Below, in pieces: positions 16,281 to 25,808 of a stretch of DNA of 32,000 bases. Below the pieces are notes generated by a model, which saw only the letters and a list, made by a program, of their open reading frames with translations, was not told where the DNA came from and did no database searches. A program made the translations under genes and the position numbers. Within the stretch, counting starts at the first letter, position 1, and each line of letters opens with the position of its first letter. The stretch spans positions 240,001 through 272,000 of the forward strand of contig NC_013967.1 of assembly GCF_000025685.1 (NCBI RefSeq), given 5' to 3'. The DNA comes from Haloferax volcanii DS2 (GTDB lineage: Archaea > Halobacteriota > Halobacteria > Halobacteriales > Haloferacaceae).

Positions 16281-16670
16281 TCAGGCGTCGGCGTCGGCGG
16301 CGAGTTCGATGGCGTCGTCGCCGTTGGGGACCGCACAGAGGAACGCCCCTTCCGCGTCGGATTCGTTTCGATACCAGTGGACGACGCCGGCGGGAATCAG
16401 AAGCGAGTCCCCGGCTTCGACCTCGTACTCCTCGTCGCCGATGCCGACGACGTAGCGTCCCGAGAGGACGTACTGTTCGTGTTCGACCTCGTTCGTGTGT
16501 TTCGGGACCGACGCGCCGGGGTCGAGGACGAACCGCCGGATGGCGAAGTTCGGCGCGCCGTCGGCCTCGGAGACGAGGACGCCCTTCGACATCCCGTCGG
16601 CCGCGCCGACCGCCTCGTACTCGATGTCCGCGCTCCGCTTGACCACCGGCTCCGGTCGGGAATCGCTCAT
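16281..16670 (-). CDS. Cupin domain protein
   Basis: The cupin motifs are PKHTNEVEHEQYVLSG and GDSLLIPAGVVHWYRN. The ATG at 16670 is preceded by GGAGGT. Confidence 0.85.
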   Translation of the reverse strand: MSDSRPEPVVKRSADIEYEAVGAADGMSKGVLVSEADGAPNFAIRRFVLDPGASVPKHTNEVEHEQYVLSGRYVVGIGDEEYEVEAGDSLLIPAGVVHWYRNESDAEGAFLCAVPNGDDAIELAADADA

Positions 16671-16757
16671 ACCTCCCCGTCGATTGCCCGCCCGCGTAAG
16701 CATTTCCCCGTCTCTCCGCCCTGACTGCTTAAGGCCCCTCCGCGGCTACCTACGGGT

Positions 16758-17930
16758 ATGCGAGGAATCCGCATCGGTAGCGTCTTCGGTATCCCGATAA
16801 AGTTGGACCTCACGTTCCTCATCGTTCTCCCGCTTTTCGCGTGGCTCATCGGCTCGGACGTGACGAATCTCGCGGCCATCGTCAACGACCTCTTCGGCTC
16901 GACCATCGACGGCGCGGCCATCTCCGCGGGGTCGATGCAGTGGGTGCTCGGGAGCGCGGCCGCCATCGGGTTGTTCGCCGGCGTCCTGCTCCACGAGTTC
17001 GGCCACTCGCTCGTCGCCATGCGCTACGGCTACGAAATCGAGTCCATCACGCTCTGGCTCTTCGGCGGCGTCGCCCGGTTCAAGGAGATACCCGAGGACT
17101 GGAAACAGGAGTTCACCATCGCCGTCGCCGGCCCGGTCGTCTCGGTCGCCATCGGCGTCGCCTCCTACGCCGGCTTCCTGTTGCTCCCCGAGTCGCAGGC
17201 CCCCGCGCAGTTCGTCCTCGGCTACCTCGCGCTGGTGAACGTTTCTCTCGCCGTGTTCAACATGCTCCCCGGCTTCCCGATGGACGGCGGGCGCGTCCTC
17301 CGGGCGCTTCTCGCGCGGAACCGCCCCCACGCGAAAGCGACGCAGATGGCCGCCGAGGTCGGTAAGGTGTTCGCGTTCCTGCTCGGCCTGTTCGGCCTCT
17401 TTTTCAACCTGTTTCTCGTCGCGCTCGCCTTCTTCATCTACATGGGGGCGTCCGGCGAGGCCCAACAGACCGTCCTCAAGGCGACGTTCCAGGACGTGGT
17501 CGTCCGCGACATCATGACCGGCCGCGAGAACCTCGACGTGGTCGACGAGAAGACCTCCGTCGCGGAACTCCTCGAACGCATGTTCGTCGAGCGCCACACG
17601 GGGTATCCGGTGCTCAGAAACGGCGACCTCGTCGGCATGGTCACCCTCGACGACGCCCGCGGCGTCAAGGAGGTCGAGCGCGACGCCTTCCGCGTCGACG
17701 ACATCATGAGCGACGAACTAACGACCATCACCCCCGACGCCGACGCGATGGACGCCATCGCCCTCATGCAGGAACGCGGTGTGGGCCGCCTCCCGGTCGT
17801 CGACGAGGCGGGCGAACTCGTCGGCCTCGTCTCCCGGTCGGACCTCGTCACCGCCTTCAACATCATCCGCAGTCGCGGGTCGCTCGACGCCATGCCCCGC
17901 TCCGACGCCGGCCTCGCACAGCTTCGCTGA
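16758..17930 (+). CDS. Site-2 protease (M50) family metalloprotease with a C-terminal CBS pair
   Basis: The HEFGHSLVA (HExxH) motif lies in a TM region. NMLPGFPMDGGRV is also present. Two CBS-like repeats follow (VVRDIMT... and RVDDIMS...). Confidence 0.9.
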   Translation: MRGIRIGSVFGIPIKLDLTFLIVLPLFAWLIGSDVTNLAAIVNDLFGSTIDGAAISAGSMQWVLGSAAAIGLFAGVLLHEFGHSLVAMRYGYEIESITLWLFGGVARFKEIPEDWKQEFTIAVAGPVVSVAIGVASYAGFLLLPESQAPAQFVLGYLALVNVSLAVFNMLPGFPMDGGRVLRALLARNRPHAKATQMAAEVGKVFAFLLGLFGLFFNLFLVALAFFIYMGASGEAQQTVLKATFQDVVVRDIMTGRENLDVVDEKTSVAELLERMFVERHTGYPVLRNGDLVGMVTLDDARGVKEVERDAFRVDDIMSDELTTITPDADAMDAIALMQERGVGRLPVVDEAGELVGLVSRSDLVTAFNIIRSRGSLDAMPRSDAGLAQLR

Positions 17931-17950
17931 CCAGTCGCTCGCTGGCTAGA

Positions 17951-18775
17951 TTACTCCCCGTCGCGGCTGCCCAACCGTCCGTCGTCGCGGCCGATTTGAC
18001 TTCGTTCTTCGCCGCCCGCCTCTGCCTCGCGCGCCGTCTCGACCGCCGCTTCGCTCTCGTAGAGGTCGACCGTCGCGTTCGACCGGAACCACGCCATCGC
18101 GTCGTCGAGCGCCGCCGGGTCGCCGCCGGTGAGTTTGACTCGCGTCGGCCCGCCGCTGTTGGGATAGCTCCCGACGCCCACGCCGAAGCGCTCGGCGACG
18201 ACCCCGAGTTCGCGGGCGACAGCCCCCTCCGGCGCGTCGGCGTAGCACTCCCGCGACTCCACGTCGCCCGCGAACCGCTCGGCGATGCCTTCGAACATCG
18301 GCTTCATCTCGTCGGGGATGCCCGGCAAGACGTAGACGTTCCCCGCCCGACAGCCGGGCGCGAGCCCCTCTTCGTTCGGGAGCACCTCGGCGTCGGCGGG
18401 CATCGAGGCGTACCACTCCGGTTCGAGGTCGAAGTCGATGTCCGGCCGGCGTTCGAGAATCGCCGCGATGGTCGATTCGACCTGCGCCGCGGCCTCCTCG
18501 TTGACGACGAACGCCCGGTCGAGCCCGGCGGCGACGGCCTCCATCGTGATGTCGTCCGGCGTTCCGCCGAGACCGCCGGTGACGAGGACCGCGTCGAAGG
18601 CGGCCGCCCAGTCGGCGACCGTCTCGGCGATGACCTCGTGGTCGTCGGGAACCGTCTGAATCCGCGCCACCGTCGCCCCACCCTCGGTGAGCCGCCGAGC
18701 TAACCACGTCGCGTTCGTGTTCTCGATGTCTCCCGCGAGCAGTTCGTTGCCGACGGTGAGGATGGCGATTTGCAT
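17951..18775 (-). CDS. CinA-like / MoCF-biosynthesis (molybdopterin-binding) domain protein
   Basis: The N-terminus MQIAILTVGNELLAGDIENTNATWLARRL and the motif VTGGLGGTPDDIT are typical of the family. Confidence 0.85.
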   Translation of the reverse strand: MQIAILTVGNELLAGDIENTNATWLARRLTEGGATVARIQTVPDDHEVIAETVADWAAAFDAVLVTGGLGGTPDDITMEAVAAGLDRAFVVNEEAAAQVESTIAAILERRPDIDFDLEPEWYASMPADAEVLPNEEGLAPGCRAGNVYVLPGIPDEMKPMFEGIAERFAGDVESRECYADAPEGAVARELGVVAERFGVGVGSYPNSGGPTRVKLTGGDPAALDDAMAWFRSNATVDLYESEAAVETAREAEAGGEERSQIGRDDGRLGSRDGE

Positions 18776-18947
18776 GGCCGAGTGCTAGTACTTCCAGACG
18801 AAAGACCTGCCCGTTTCCGGCGTTCCCTTCGCGTTGTCGACGACGGCCGTCTCGACGTTTCTGGACGAGTCGCTCCGCTCCTGGCGGTTCGAGCACCAGT
18901 TCACGGAAAAGAGAGGGAGACCGGCGACGACTCTGCGGAGCGACCGA

Positions 18948-19067
18948 TTAGCCCGTCGGTACCGTAGGGCCGACTGGGTCTTCGTTATCCTCCGGGTCGC
19001 CGCGGTTGAGTATCGCGTCGCGGATGCGGTCGAACACCGAGTTGTCCGCGCGGAGTTGGGTTCTCAT
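18948..19067 (-). CDS. Possible 39-aa acidic mini-protein
   Basis: The manual translation is MRTQLRADNSVFDRIRDAILNRGDPEDNEDPVGPTVPTG. It is the only plausible coding frame in a gene-poor stretch of about 500 bp. Support is weak. Confidence 0.25.
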   Translation of the reverse strand: MRTQLRADNSVFDRIRDAILNRGDPEDNEDPVGPTVPTG

Positions 19068-19156
19068 CCCACGGCGAATGTTGTGTGTGACACACTTGTG
19101 TCTGGTGGGGTGTCGCGGCGCTCACGTCTCGATTGCGGCCCTCGTCGTTCGAGATT

Positions 19157-19183
19157 AGAGGTTCAGGTGCGAGAATTGAACCC
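19157..19183. repeat. Duplicated 3' end of tRNA-His (27 nt, 1 mismatch), direct repeat of 19294-19320
   Basis: AGAGGTTCAGGTGCGAGAATTGAACCC here compares with AGAGGTCCAGGTGCGAGAATTGAACCC at the real tRNA 3' end, 137 bp away. Confidence 0.75.
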
Positions 19184-19297
19184 CGGTCGCAACAAGTTGC
19201 TCGCTGATTCAATTCTCGCCGTCGTCCCTCACAGTACATTTCGAGAATGGGTTCGCGCACGCTACGCGGCGCTCACTGGTCGAAATGTAAAGAAGAG

Positions 19298-19371
19298 GTC
19301 CAGGTGCGAGAATTGAACCCGCGTCTCAGCCTCCACAAGGCTGAAGGATAGTCCACTACCCCAACCCGGAC
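19298..19371 (-). tRNA. tRNA-His (anticodon GUG) with encoded G-1
   Basis: The reverse complement gives an 8-bp acceptor stem including G-1:C73. The anticodon stem is CAGCC/GGCTG with loop TTGTGGA. The T arm is GCGGG-TTCAATT-CTCGC. Confidence 0.85.
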
Positions 19372-19520
19372 ACGTTGCAACCCTTCCTAATCCGCTACGA
19401 CTAAAATACGTTACGCTACGGTCCCGGAATGACAGTACGTAACAGAGGTCGCCCCCATCGACCACACCGCGCCGGCGAGCGGGACGCTTTTGCCGCGGTG
19501 GCCCGAACTCCCGGGTAGCA

Positions 19521-19982
19521 GTGGCTATCACCGACAAGATCTATCTCAAAAACCACCGCCAAATCGTCTCGCAACTGGATACGAACATCCCCAAGCGCGT
19601 CTTCAGCGGTGCGACCCTCGAAATCCTCTACTCCGGCGAGGGCCTCGCCAAGGTGGACGACGCCACCCGCGACCGCCTGCTCGACTTCGCGCAGGACTTC
19701 CTCGACTGCGAGAATTCGGACGACATCTACACCGGCTACCCCGAGCGCCAGTTCATCGAGTACCTGCTGGAACTCCGCGCGCAGGGCCTCGGCCCCGACG
19801 CCATCGTGGACGTGATGAGCGACGACTACATGGTGTACGCCTACCCCGGCGACGTGCTTTCGTTCCTCGACGACTCGGTCCGGACGCTCGAATCGGTCGA
19901 GGCGCTCGCGGACGTGGAAGGAGACAGAGAGATGCGGGACGAGGCGCGGCGGGCGAAGCAGGACCTCGTCGGTCCTCGCTGA
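19521..19982 (+). CDS. Conserved-looking acidic hypothetical protein
   Basis: GTG start with high GC3. The composition is acidic and typical of haloarchaeal cytosolic proteins. I recognise no motif. Confidence 0.7.
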   Translation: MAITDKIYLKNHRQIVSQLDTNIPKRVFSGATLEILYSGEGLAKVDDATRDRLLDFAQDFLDCENSDDIYTGYPERQFIEYLLELRAQGLGPDAIVDVMSDDYMVYAYPGDVLSFLDDSVRTLESVEALADVEGDREMRDEARRAKQDLVGPR

Positions 19983-20021
19983 AATCGGTGGGTGCGGACG
20001 CCGCGGCGGAGACGACGACGC

Positions 20022-20435
20022 TTAGCCGAGGCGGAACGACGGCTCGTCGCCCGTATCGAGGTCTTCCAGTTGGATGACCTCCTCCACGTCGTCGTGGTCG
20101 TTTTCGACCTGCTCGCGCAGGTAGTTCACGTAGCCTTTGTGTTCTTCGAGTTGCTCGCGGAGGTGTTCGGCCTCCAGTTCGAGGCGTTCGTGCTCGCGGA
20201 TGAAGCTCTTGGGAACCTCCACGGTCGGCGGGAACGACTCGTCTTCGCCCTCGCGCAGCTTTTCGAGTTCGTGTTTGGGGACGACCTGCACCTGACCGTC
20301 GTGGGCAACTAACGTGTCCACGTAGTCGCGGAAGACGGCGGACAGGGAGATGTCCCGCTCCTCGGCTATCTCCCGAAGGGTCTCGAACGCGTCCTCGTTG
20401 ACGCGAAACGAGATAGTCTTGTTCTTGTTGCCCAT
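20022..20435 (-). CDS. Ribbon-helix-helix (CopG-like) DNA-binding protein with an acidic coiled-coil tail
   Basis: The N-terminus KTISFRVNEDAFETLREIAEERDISLSAVFRDYV fits the RHH pattern. Confidence 0.8.
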   Translation of the reverse strand: MGNKNKTISFRVNEDAFETLREIAEERDISLSAVFRDYVDTLVAHDGQVQVVPKHELEKLREGEDESFPPTVEVPKSFIREHERLELEAEHLREQLEEHKGYVNYLREQVENDHDDVEEVIQLEDLDTGDEPSFRLG

Positions 20436-20599
20436 GATATTGGTCGGTCCGTGGTGAGGCCACTTAATGGTTCGTCAGACGAGGGGTCCCGGGCGTCGTA
20501 ATTCGTCGCAAAAAGGGGCGTGTGACGGTGGAAATCGGCCGTCGGTTGTGTTCGGTCGGCGTTCAGGCCGACGCGAACGAAACGGAGCGAGACGCCCGC

Positions 20600-21190
20600 T
20601 TACGCGCTCAGTTCGTCGGCCTGTTCGAGGCTTTCGAGCGCGGCGATGGCGGCGCGCTTGTACTCCTCGGGGTCGAGGTCGTAGTGCTCGCGGGCCATCC
20701 GCGCGTACTCGTCGCCCTCCTCGTCGAACGCCGCGATGCGGTCGAGCGTCTTGTCCGCGGTCTCCGTCACCCAGCGGTCGCGCGTGGCCGCGTCGACCTC
20801 GGTGATTGATTCGGGGCGGACGGAGACGTTGATGCTGCCGTCGTCGGTCTCGTACGTCCGCGGCTTGCCGACGACCGCGACGTAGGCGGGCGCGTCGAGG
20901 TCGCGCAGCGCGCTGGCGGCCTCGGGCTGGTACTGGCCGGCGTAGACGAAGAACGTCCCCGTCGGGTCGACGATGCGACCCCGCCAGTACTCGTTGTCCT
21001 CGCCGACGTCTTCCTTCTCGGTCAGCGTGCCGACGAGGAAGACGCGGTTGGCGCTCTCTCCCGTCGGGAGCAGCAGATAGACGGGCGCGCGCTCGTCGTC
21101 CGACTCTTTGAACGTGTAACCGGCGTCGTTGAACTCCTGTGCGAAGACGCGCCGGGCGACCTCTCGAGTGGGGATTTCGTTGGAACTCAT
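20600..21190 (-). CDS. rpap3: RPA-associated protein (COG3390-type), partner of the upstream RPA
   Basis: It is 196 aa and starts immediately after the rpa stop (21190/21191). Its size and position match the Haloferax rpa3-rpap3 operon as I recall it. The symbol is by recollection, not by search. Confidence 0.65.
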   Translation of the reverse strand: MSSNEIPTREVARRVFAQEFNDAGYTFKESDDERAPVYLLLPTGESANRVFLVGTLTEKEDVGEDNEYWRGRIVDPTGTFFVYAGQYQPEAASALRDLDAPAYVAVVGKPRTYETDDGSINVSVRPESITEVDAATRDRWVTETADKTLDRIAAFDEEGDEYARMAREHYDLDPEEYKRAAIAALESLEQADELSA

Positions 21191-22126
21191 TTACATCGAC
21201 CTCGCTTTGATGAGCAGTTCTTCTGCGTCCGCCGGCTCGCGCAGCCGCTCGACTTCGTTGGCGAGCACGTACCGGCCCAGCGTCGGGCCGGTGACGCGGT
21301 AGTAGTACCCCACGAGGTCACCGCGCATCTCCTCTTCGACGATGGTGGTGTCGAGGGCGTCCATGGCCATCTGCTTCGCCTCGTCCAGTTCGATACCGGT
21401 CAGCTCCTCCGTCATCTCTCTGTTGAAGATGACTTCGTGGACCTCGTCGCCGTCGTCGACGACGGCCTTGATTCGGAGGTCGAACTCGCCTTCGACGCTG
21501 CCGTGTTCGGAACAGCGCCCGTTCTGGAGGACGCGCGTACAGCCCTCCTCCGGACAGCGCTTGATGAGGCCGCTCCCCGACTGGCTGTCCACGAGCGCGC
21601 CCTCGACGCTGGTCGAGTCGTCGCCGACTTCGATCTCCTCGTCGAGTTCGGTGATGCTCGTCGTCCGGTTGAGCTTCACGGAGAAGTTGCCCTGGTACTC
21701 GTCGGTGACGACGTTGCCGAGCGCGTACGACTTCCCTTCTTCGAGTTCGGGGAGTTCGGACGTGGTGAACGAGACGAACTTCATCCGCCCGGAGTCGTCG
21801 CCGAGCAGGCCGACCTGCGCGATGGACTCGCTCCGGGGTTCCCAGAGTTCGACGACCTTCGCGCGCACGTCGACCCACTGCTCGTCTTCGTCGATGTCGT
21901 TGAGCAGGGTCTGTTCGTTTCCGCCGGAGCCGCCGGCGAGCTCGTCGCGCTCGATACCGGCCTCGTCGAGGTAACTGTTGACGACGCTCCGCCGCGCTTC
22001 GTCGACGGGGACGCGGTACTCGGTGACGAGGCTCTCTAATCGTTCTTCGACTTCGTCCGCGGACACGTCTAGGTGGTCCGAGAACTGGTCGGCTATCTCA
22101 GCCGCATGGGTTCGCAAATCAGTCAT
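21191..22126 (-). CDS. rpa3: Replication protein A (single-stranded DNA-binding protein with an OB fold and a zinc finger)
   Basis: It is 311 aa. The OB-fold region is WVDVRAKVVELWEPRSESIAQVGLLGDDSGRMKFV. The zinc finger is CPEEGCTRVLQNGRCSEHG. Confidence 0.8.
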   Translation of the reverse strand: MTDLRTHAAEIADQFSDHLDVSADEVEERLESLVTEYRVPVDEARRSVVNSYLDEAGIERDELAGGSGGNEQTLLNDIDEDEQWVDVRAKVVELWEPRSESIAQVGLLGDDSGRMKFVSFTTSELPELEEGKSYALGNVVTDEYQGNFSVKLNRTTSITELDEEIEVGDDSTSVEGALVDSQSGSGLIKRCPEEGCTRVLQNGRCSEHGSVEGEFDLRIKAVVDDGDEVHEVIFNREMTEELTGIELDEAKQMAMDALDTTIVEEEMRGDLVGYYYRVTGPTLGRYVLANEVERLREPADAEELLIKARSM

Positions 22127-22297
22127 GGTCTACCTCGCCTCCACCTTGGTTTCCATTGGGAGGCATACTGACCTTGGATGCGTACTCATATAAAAAGTTG
22201 CAAACGGCGCAGTGAAAGTGAACGTCGCGGCCGAGAGCGCGCCAGAACCGCCGCACCGAGCGAGGAATTGATAGCCTCGGGGCACGCACTCGACAGA

Positions 22298-22579
22298 ATG
22301 GACGACCGCCTCGAAAGCATCATCCGCAGCGCCGCCCGCTCGGCCGGCAAGCGCTACGAAGAGGCCAAACGCGCCTATCGAGACGGTCGGGACCCGTCTC
22401 CGACGCACTCCCTCCCGCGGGACGCCGAGGGTCGCGCGAAAATCGTCTGCCGCCGCCACGCCGAGCACCGCGCCGTCGCCGTCGACGCGAAGGGCCGTCC
22501 CGCCTGCTTCGACCCCGACCACCCCGACTGTCAGGGCTGTGTCGATGACATTCGCGAGGGGATGGTCGAGACGTGGTAG
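22298..22579 (+). CDS. Small Cys/His-containing hypothetical protein
   Basis: The ATG at 22298 is preferred, because the upstream part of the track ORF is Arg/Ser-rich junk. The C-terminus is CRRHAEH...CFDPDHPDCQGC. Confidence 0.55.
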   Translation: MDDRLESIIRSAARSAGKRYEEAKRAYRDGRDPSPTHSLPRDAEGRAKIVCRRHAEHRAVAVDAKGRPACFDPDHPDCQGCVDDIREGMVETW

Positions 22580-22633
22580 GCGACGTGGTTGGAGACGTGG
22601 TACGGTTTTGAGGCTGTGGCACCACCGGCCCGT

Positions 22634-23638
22634 ATGGACCGCCCACTCGTCGCGCTCGTCCTCGCCGGCGGCACCGGCACCCGCCTGTACCCCGCGAGCC
22701 GGAGCGACCGGCCCAAGCAGTTCCTCCCGCTCGGCGGCGACCGCTCGCTGCTCGCGGAGACCGTCGCCCGCGCCGACTTCGCCGACCACGTCGTCGTCTC
22801 GACGCGTCCCGCGTTCACCGACGACATCGCTGACCATGCGCCCGACGCCGAGGTCGTGGTCGAGCCCGCGGCCAAGGACACCGGCCCGGCGCTCGTCTAC
22901 GCGACCCACCGCATCGCCGCATCGTACGACGACCCGGTCGTGGTCGTCCTCCCGAGCGACCACCACGTCGGCGACGGCTTCGCCGAGGCAATGACCAGCG
23001 GGGCGCGCGTCGCCGCCGACACCGACTCCCTCGTCGCCTTCGGCGTCGAACCCACTCGCCCGGAGACCGGCTACGGCTACATCGAACCCGGCGCGGACCG
23101 CGACGACGCCCGCGACCTCGCCGCGTTCCACGAGAAACCGGACGCCGAGACGGCCGCCCGCTACGTCGACCAGGGCTACCTCTGGAACGCCGGGATGTTC
23201 GCGTGGACGCCCGAAGCGCTGTTTTCCGCCGCGCGCGACTCGCCGCTTTCCCCCCTCCTCGACGCCCTCGACGACGGCGACGCGGACGCCGGCTTCGCGG
23301 CGGTCGAAGGCGTCAGCATCGACTACGCGGTGATGGAGCGCGCCGCCGACGCGGCGGTCGTCCCGGCCGATTTCGAGTGGGACGACCTCGGCTCGTGGGA
23401 CGCCCTCGAACGAATCGTCGACGCCGACGAAGACGGTAACGTCGCGCTCGGTGACGACCCGGTGTTCGTCGATGCCGCGGACAACGTCGTCGCCACCGAC
23501 GGCGCGACCGTCTCGCTCGTCGGCGTCTCCGACCTCGCGGTCGTCGCGTGGGGCGACCGCGTGCTCGTCGTGCCGAAAGAGGAGGCGCAGAAAGTTCGCG
23601 AGGTGGTGTCGCGGCTGAAGCGGAAAGAGATGTTCTGA
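22634..23638 (+). CDS. Sugar-phosphate nucleotidyltransferase (mannose-1-phosphate guanylyltransferase-like)
   Basis: The N-terminal signature is LVLAGGTGTRLYPASRSDRPKQFL. The ATG at 22634 is preferred over the TTG at 22589. Confidence 0.85.
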   Translation: MDRPLVALVLAGGTGTRLYPASRSDRPKQFLPLGGDRSLLAETVARADFADHVVVSTRPAFTDDIADHAPDAEVVVEPAAKDTGPALVYATHRIAASYDDPVVVVLPSDHHVGDGFAEAMTSGARVAADTDSLVAFGVEPTRPETGYGYIEPGADRDDARDLAAFHEKPDAETAARYVDQGYLWNAGMFAWTPEALFSAARDSPLSPLLDALDDGDADAGFAAVEGVSIDYAVMERAADAAVVPADFEWDDLGSWDALERIVDADEDGNVALGDDPVFVDAADNVVATDGATVSLVGVSDLAVVAWGDRVLVVPKEEAQKVREVVSRLKRKEMF

Positions 23639-23679
23639 CCGAACGGTTCTTCGTCGCGTAGTTCAGCCTGGTTGATAGT

Positions 23680-24327
23680 ATGGGCGACAGGCACCTCCCG
23701 AACCGACGACAGCGCGTCGAGCAGTTACTGACGCAGTACGAGTGTCTCCAGAGCGAAAAACAGGACCTCATCGACCAACAGAGCAGGCGGATTCAGGGGC
23801 TGATGGCCGCCATCGCCGCCGTCATCGGCTACGCGCTCTACGCCGGCCACCTCGTGTATCTCGGGATGGTTCCGATTCTCATCGGTCTCGTGTTCGTCGA
23901 GGTGATTCTCACTCACAACCAGATGCTCTTCGTGGCGAAGCATCTCGCCGTCATCGAGGCGGCGCTCGCGGGGTCGTCGGACTCCCCGTTCAGACACGAA
24001 CGCGTCCGCGGCGGCGTCTTCGGCGACGAGCGCGGGAGGGGACGATGGCTCGCGCTGGCCGACGTTCCGCACCTGTTTCAGCTCGCGCTCGGCGTCGTCG
24101 CGTACGGCTGTTTCGCCGTCATTTCGACGCGCCCCGTGGCGTGGGAGCGCTACGGCGGCACCGTTCCGTCGGTCGTCGGCATCGACCTAAACGCCGACCT
24201 CGTCGGCGCGGCGCTTCTCGTATACTTCGCCGGCCTGCTCCTCGTGGGACTCTCGCACCTCGCGCTCAGGTCGCGGGTCCACCGGGGCGTGGCGGCGTCG
24301 GTGTCTCCCTCAAAAATTGCGCCGTGA
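23680..24327 (+). CDS. Hypothetical integral membrane protein
   Basis: Several predicted TM helices are present (AAIAAVIGYALYAG, MVPILIGLVFVEVIL, LALGVVAYGCFAVI, GAALLVYFAGLLLVGL). Confidence 0.7.
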   Translation: MGDRHLPNRRQRVEQLLTQYECLQSEKQDLIDQQSRRIQGLMAAIAAVIGYALYAGHLVYLGMVPILIGLVFVEVILTHNQMLFVAKHLAVIEAALAGSSDSPFRHERVRGGVFGDERGRGRWLALADVPHLFQLALGVVAYGCFAVISTRPVAWERYGGTVPSVVGIDLNADLVGAALLVYFAGLLLVGLSHLALRSRVHRGVAASVSPSKIAP

Positions 24328-24340
24328 CCGGCGGGGCGGC

Positions 24341-25126
24341 TCAGGCGCTCCGCAGCCGCCCGCCGTCGACCGGGACACACGCCCCGGTGACGAAGCTCGC
24401 GCGGTCGCTGGCGAGGAACGCGACCACGTCGCCGAGTTCGCGCGGGTCACCGACGCGGCCCAGCGGAATCCCGTCGGACCACGAGTCGAGGCCTTCTTCG
24501 TACGTGTCGTGGTCGCCGCGCTCGACGGCCGCCTCGACCAGTTCCTCGATGCGACTCGTCTCGTGTGCGCCCGGCAGGACCGCGTTCACCCGCACGCCCG
24601 GCGCGAGTTCGCGCGACAGCGACTTCACGAGGCCGATGACGCCGCGGCGGACCGCGTTCGAGAGGATGAGGTCGTCGATGACCTCCTTGACCGACGTAGA
24701 GGTGATGCAGGTAATCGTCCCCACGTCGCTCGCTTCGAGGTGCGGCCGCGCCGCCCGCACGGTCCAGACGGCGCTCATGACGAGCATGTCGAACGCGCCG
24801 TACCACTCCCGTTCGGTCAGGTCAGCGAAGCCGCCCGGCGGCACGCCGCCGGCCGAGGTGACGACGTGGTCGACGCCGCCGAACTCCTCGACGGCAGCCT
24901 CGACTAGCGCCTCCACGTCTCCCTTGTTCGTGATGTCAGTCTCGACGCCGAGCACGTCGCCGTCGAGGTCGCCAAGCTCCGATTCGGTCGCCGCGAGGCG
25001 CTCGGGGTCGCGCCCGCAGACGACGACGTTCGCTCCTTCGTCGGCCAGCGCCGCGGCGCTCGCGCGCCCGAGACCGGCCGAACTCGCCGTGACGACGACC
25101 GTGTCGCCGTCGAGTCCGAGTTCCAT
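24341..25126 (-). CDS. SDR-family oxidoreductase
   Basis: The cofactor motif is VVVTASSAGLGRA, with a downstream NAVLPG segment. The ATG at 25126 is preferred. Confidence 0.9.
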   Translation of the reverse strand: MELGLDGDTVVVTASSAGLGRASAAALADEGANVVVCGRDPERLAATESELGDLDGDVLGVETDITNKGDVEALVEAAVEEFGGVDHVVTSAGGVPPGGFADLTEREWYGAFDMLVMSAVWTVRAARPHLEASDVGTITCITSTSVKEVIDDLILSNAVRRGVIGLVKSLSRELAPGVRVNAVLPGAHETSRIEELVEAAVERGDHDTYEEGLDSWSDGIPLGRVGDPRELGDVVAFLASDRASFVTGACVPVDGGRLRSA

Positions 25127-25237
25127 GTCCGGGGCGACGACCGCCGCGAGCAAAAGCGTGGGCCTCGCGGCACGACGTGTGGCGAATCGGGCCGTCAGAA
25201 CGGCGGGTCGGTGCGGTCGGCTGCGCGCTGTACGGGC

Positions 25238-25732
25238 TCAGACGCCGTCGGCGTGTCGGCGGACGCGAACCCGGCCGTCGCTCGTGACGCCGACGAAGAG
25301 CTGTTCTTTGATTTCCCGTCCCTCCACCGCGTCGCCGGCGGCGTCGGAGACGATTTTCATCAGGTCCGGCGCGGTCTGGTTCACCTTCACGCCCGCCTCG
25401 TCGCAGGCGTCGTACACCTGCTTGGGCACGTCGTAGAGGTCGCTTCCGGTCGGGACCTCGACGCGGACCGGCGCGGTGAGCGCGTCCACGAACGTCACCG
25501 TCTCGCGGGCCTTCTCGACGTTGGCGCGGGCGCTGGCTTCGATGCTGGAGACGTTCGCGCGCGAGGTGCCGAGGAAGTCGGCGATAGTCGACTGGCGGAC
25601 CCCACGCTCGCGCAGCGCGAGCACCTCCGCCTGCCGTCGCGTGAGGACGCTCGTCTCCGGGTCGAACCCCGCCCTGTCGAGCAGTTGGTCTACGTCGGGG
25701 ACCGTCTCGTCGTCGCGTCCGGCGTCGCTCAT
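25238..25732 (-). CDS. Tfx-family DNA-binding protein
   Basis: LTRRQAEVLALRERGVRQSTIADFLGTSRANVSSIEASARANVEKA matches the Tfx / sigma-70 region-4-like HTH. Confidence 0.8.
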   Translation of the reverse strand: MSDAGRDDETVPDVDQLLDRAGFDPETSVLTRRQAEVLALRERGVRQSTIADFLGTSRANVSSIEASARANVEKARETVTFVDALTAPVRVEVPTGSDLYDVPKQVYDACDEAGVKVNQTAPDLMKIVSDAAGDAVEGREIKEQLFVGVTSDGRVRVRRHADGV

Positions 25733-25808
25733 ACCTCGGGGTAGGTCTCGGGGGTGAAAAAAGATACAGCAGGCTGACTGTCCACGGGACGCCGCCGCCG
25801 ACTCGGCG

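Noticed and set aside
17946-18896. 316-aa - strand ORF overlapping the CinA-like gene in another frame
   Set aside because: It is extremely rich in Arg and Gly. The alternative frame (17951..18775) has the recognisable MoCF/CinA motifs.
23742-25436. 564-aa + strand ORF spanning the membrane-protein gene, the SDR and part of Tfx
   Set aside because: It is Arg/Ser/Pro/Thr-rich. It overlaps three well-supported genes, two of them on the opposite strand.
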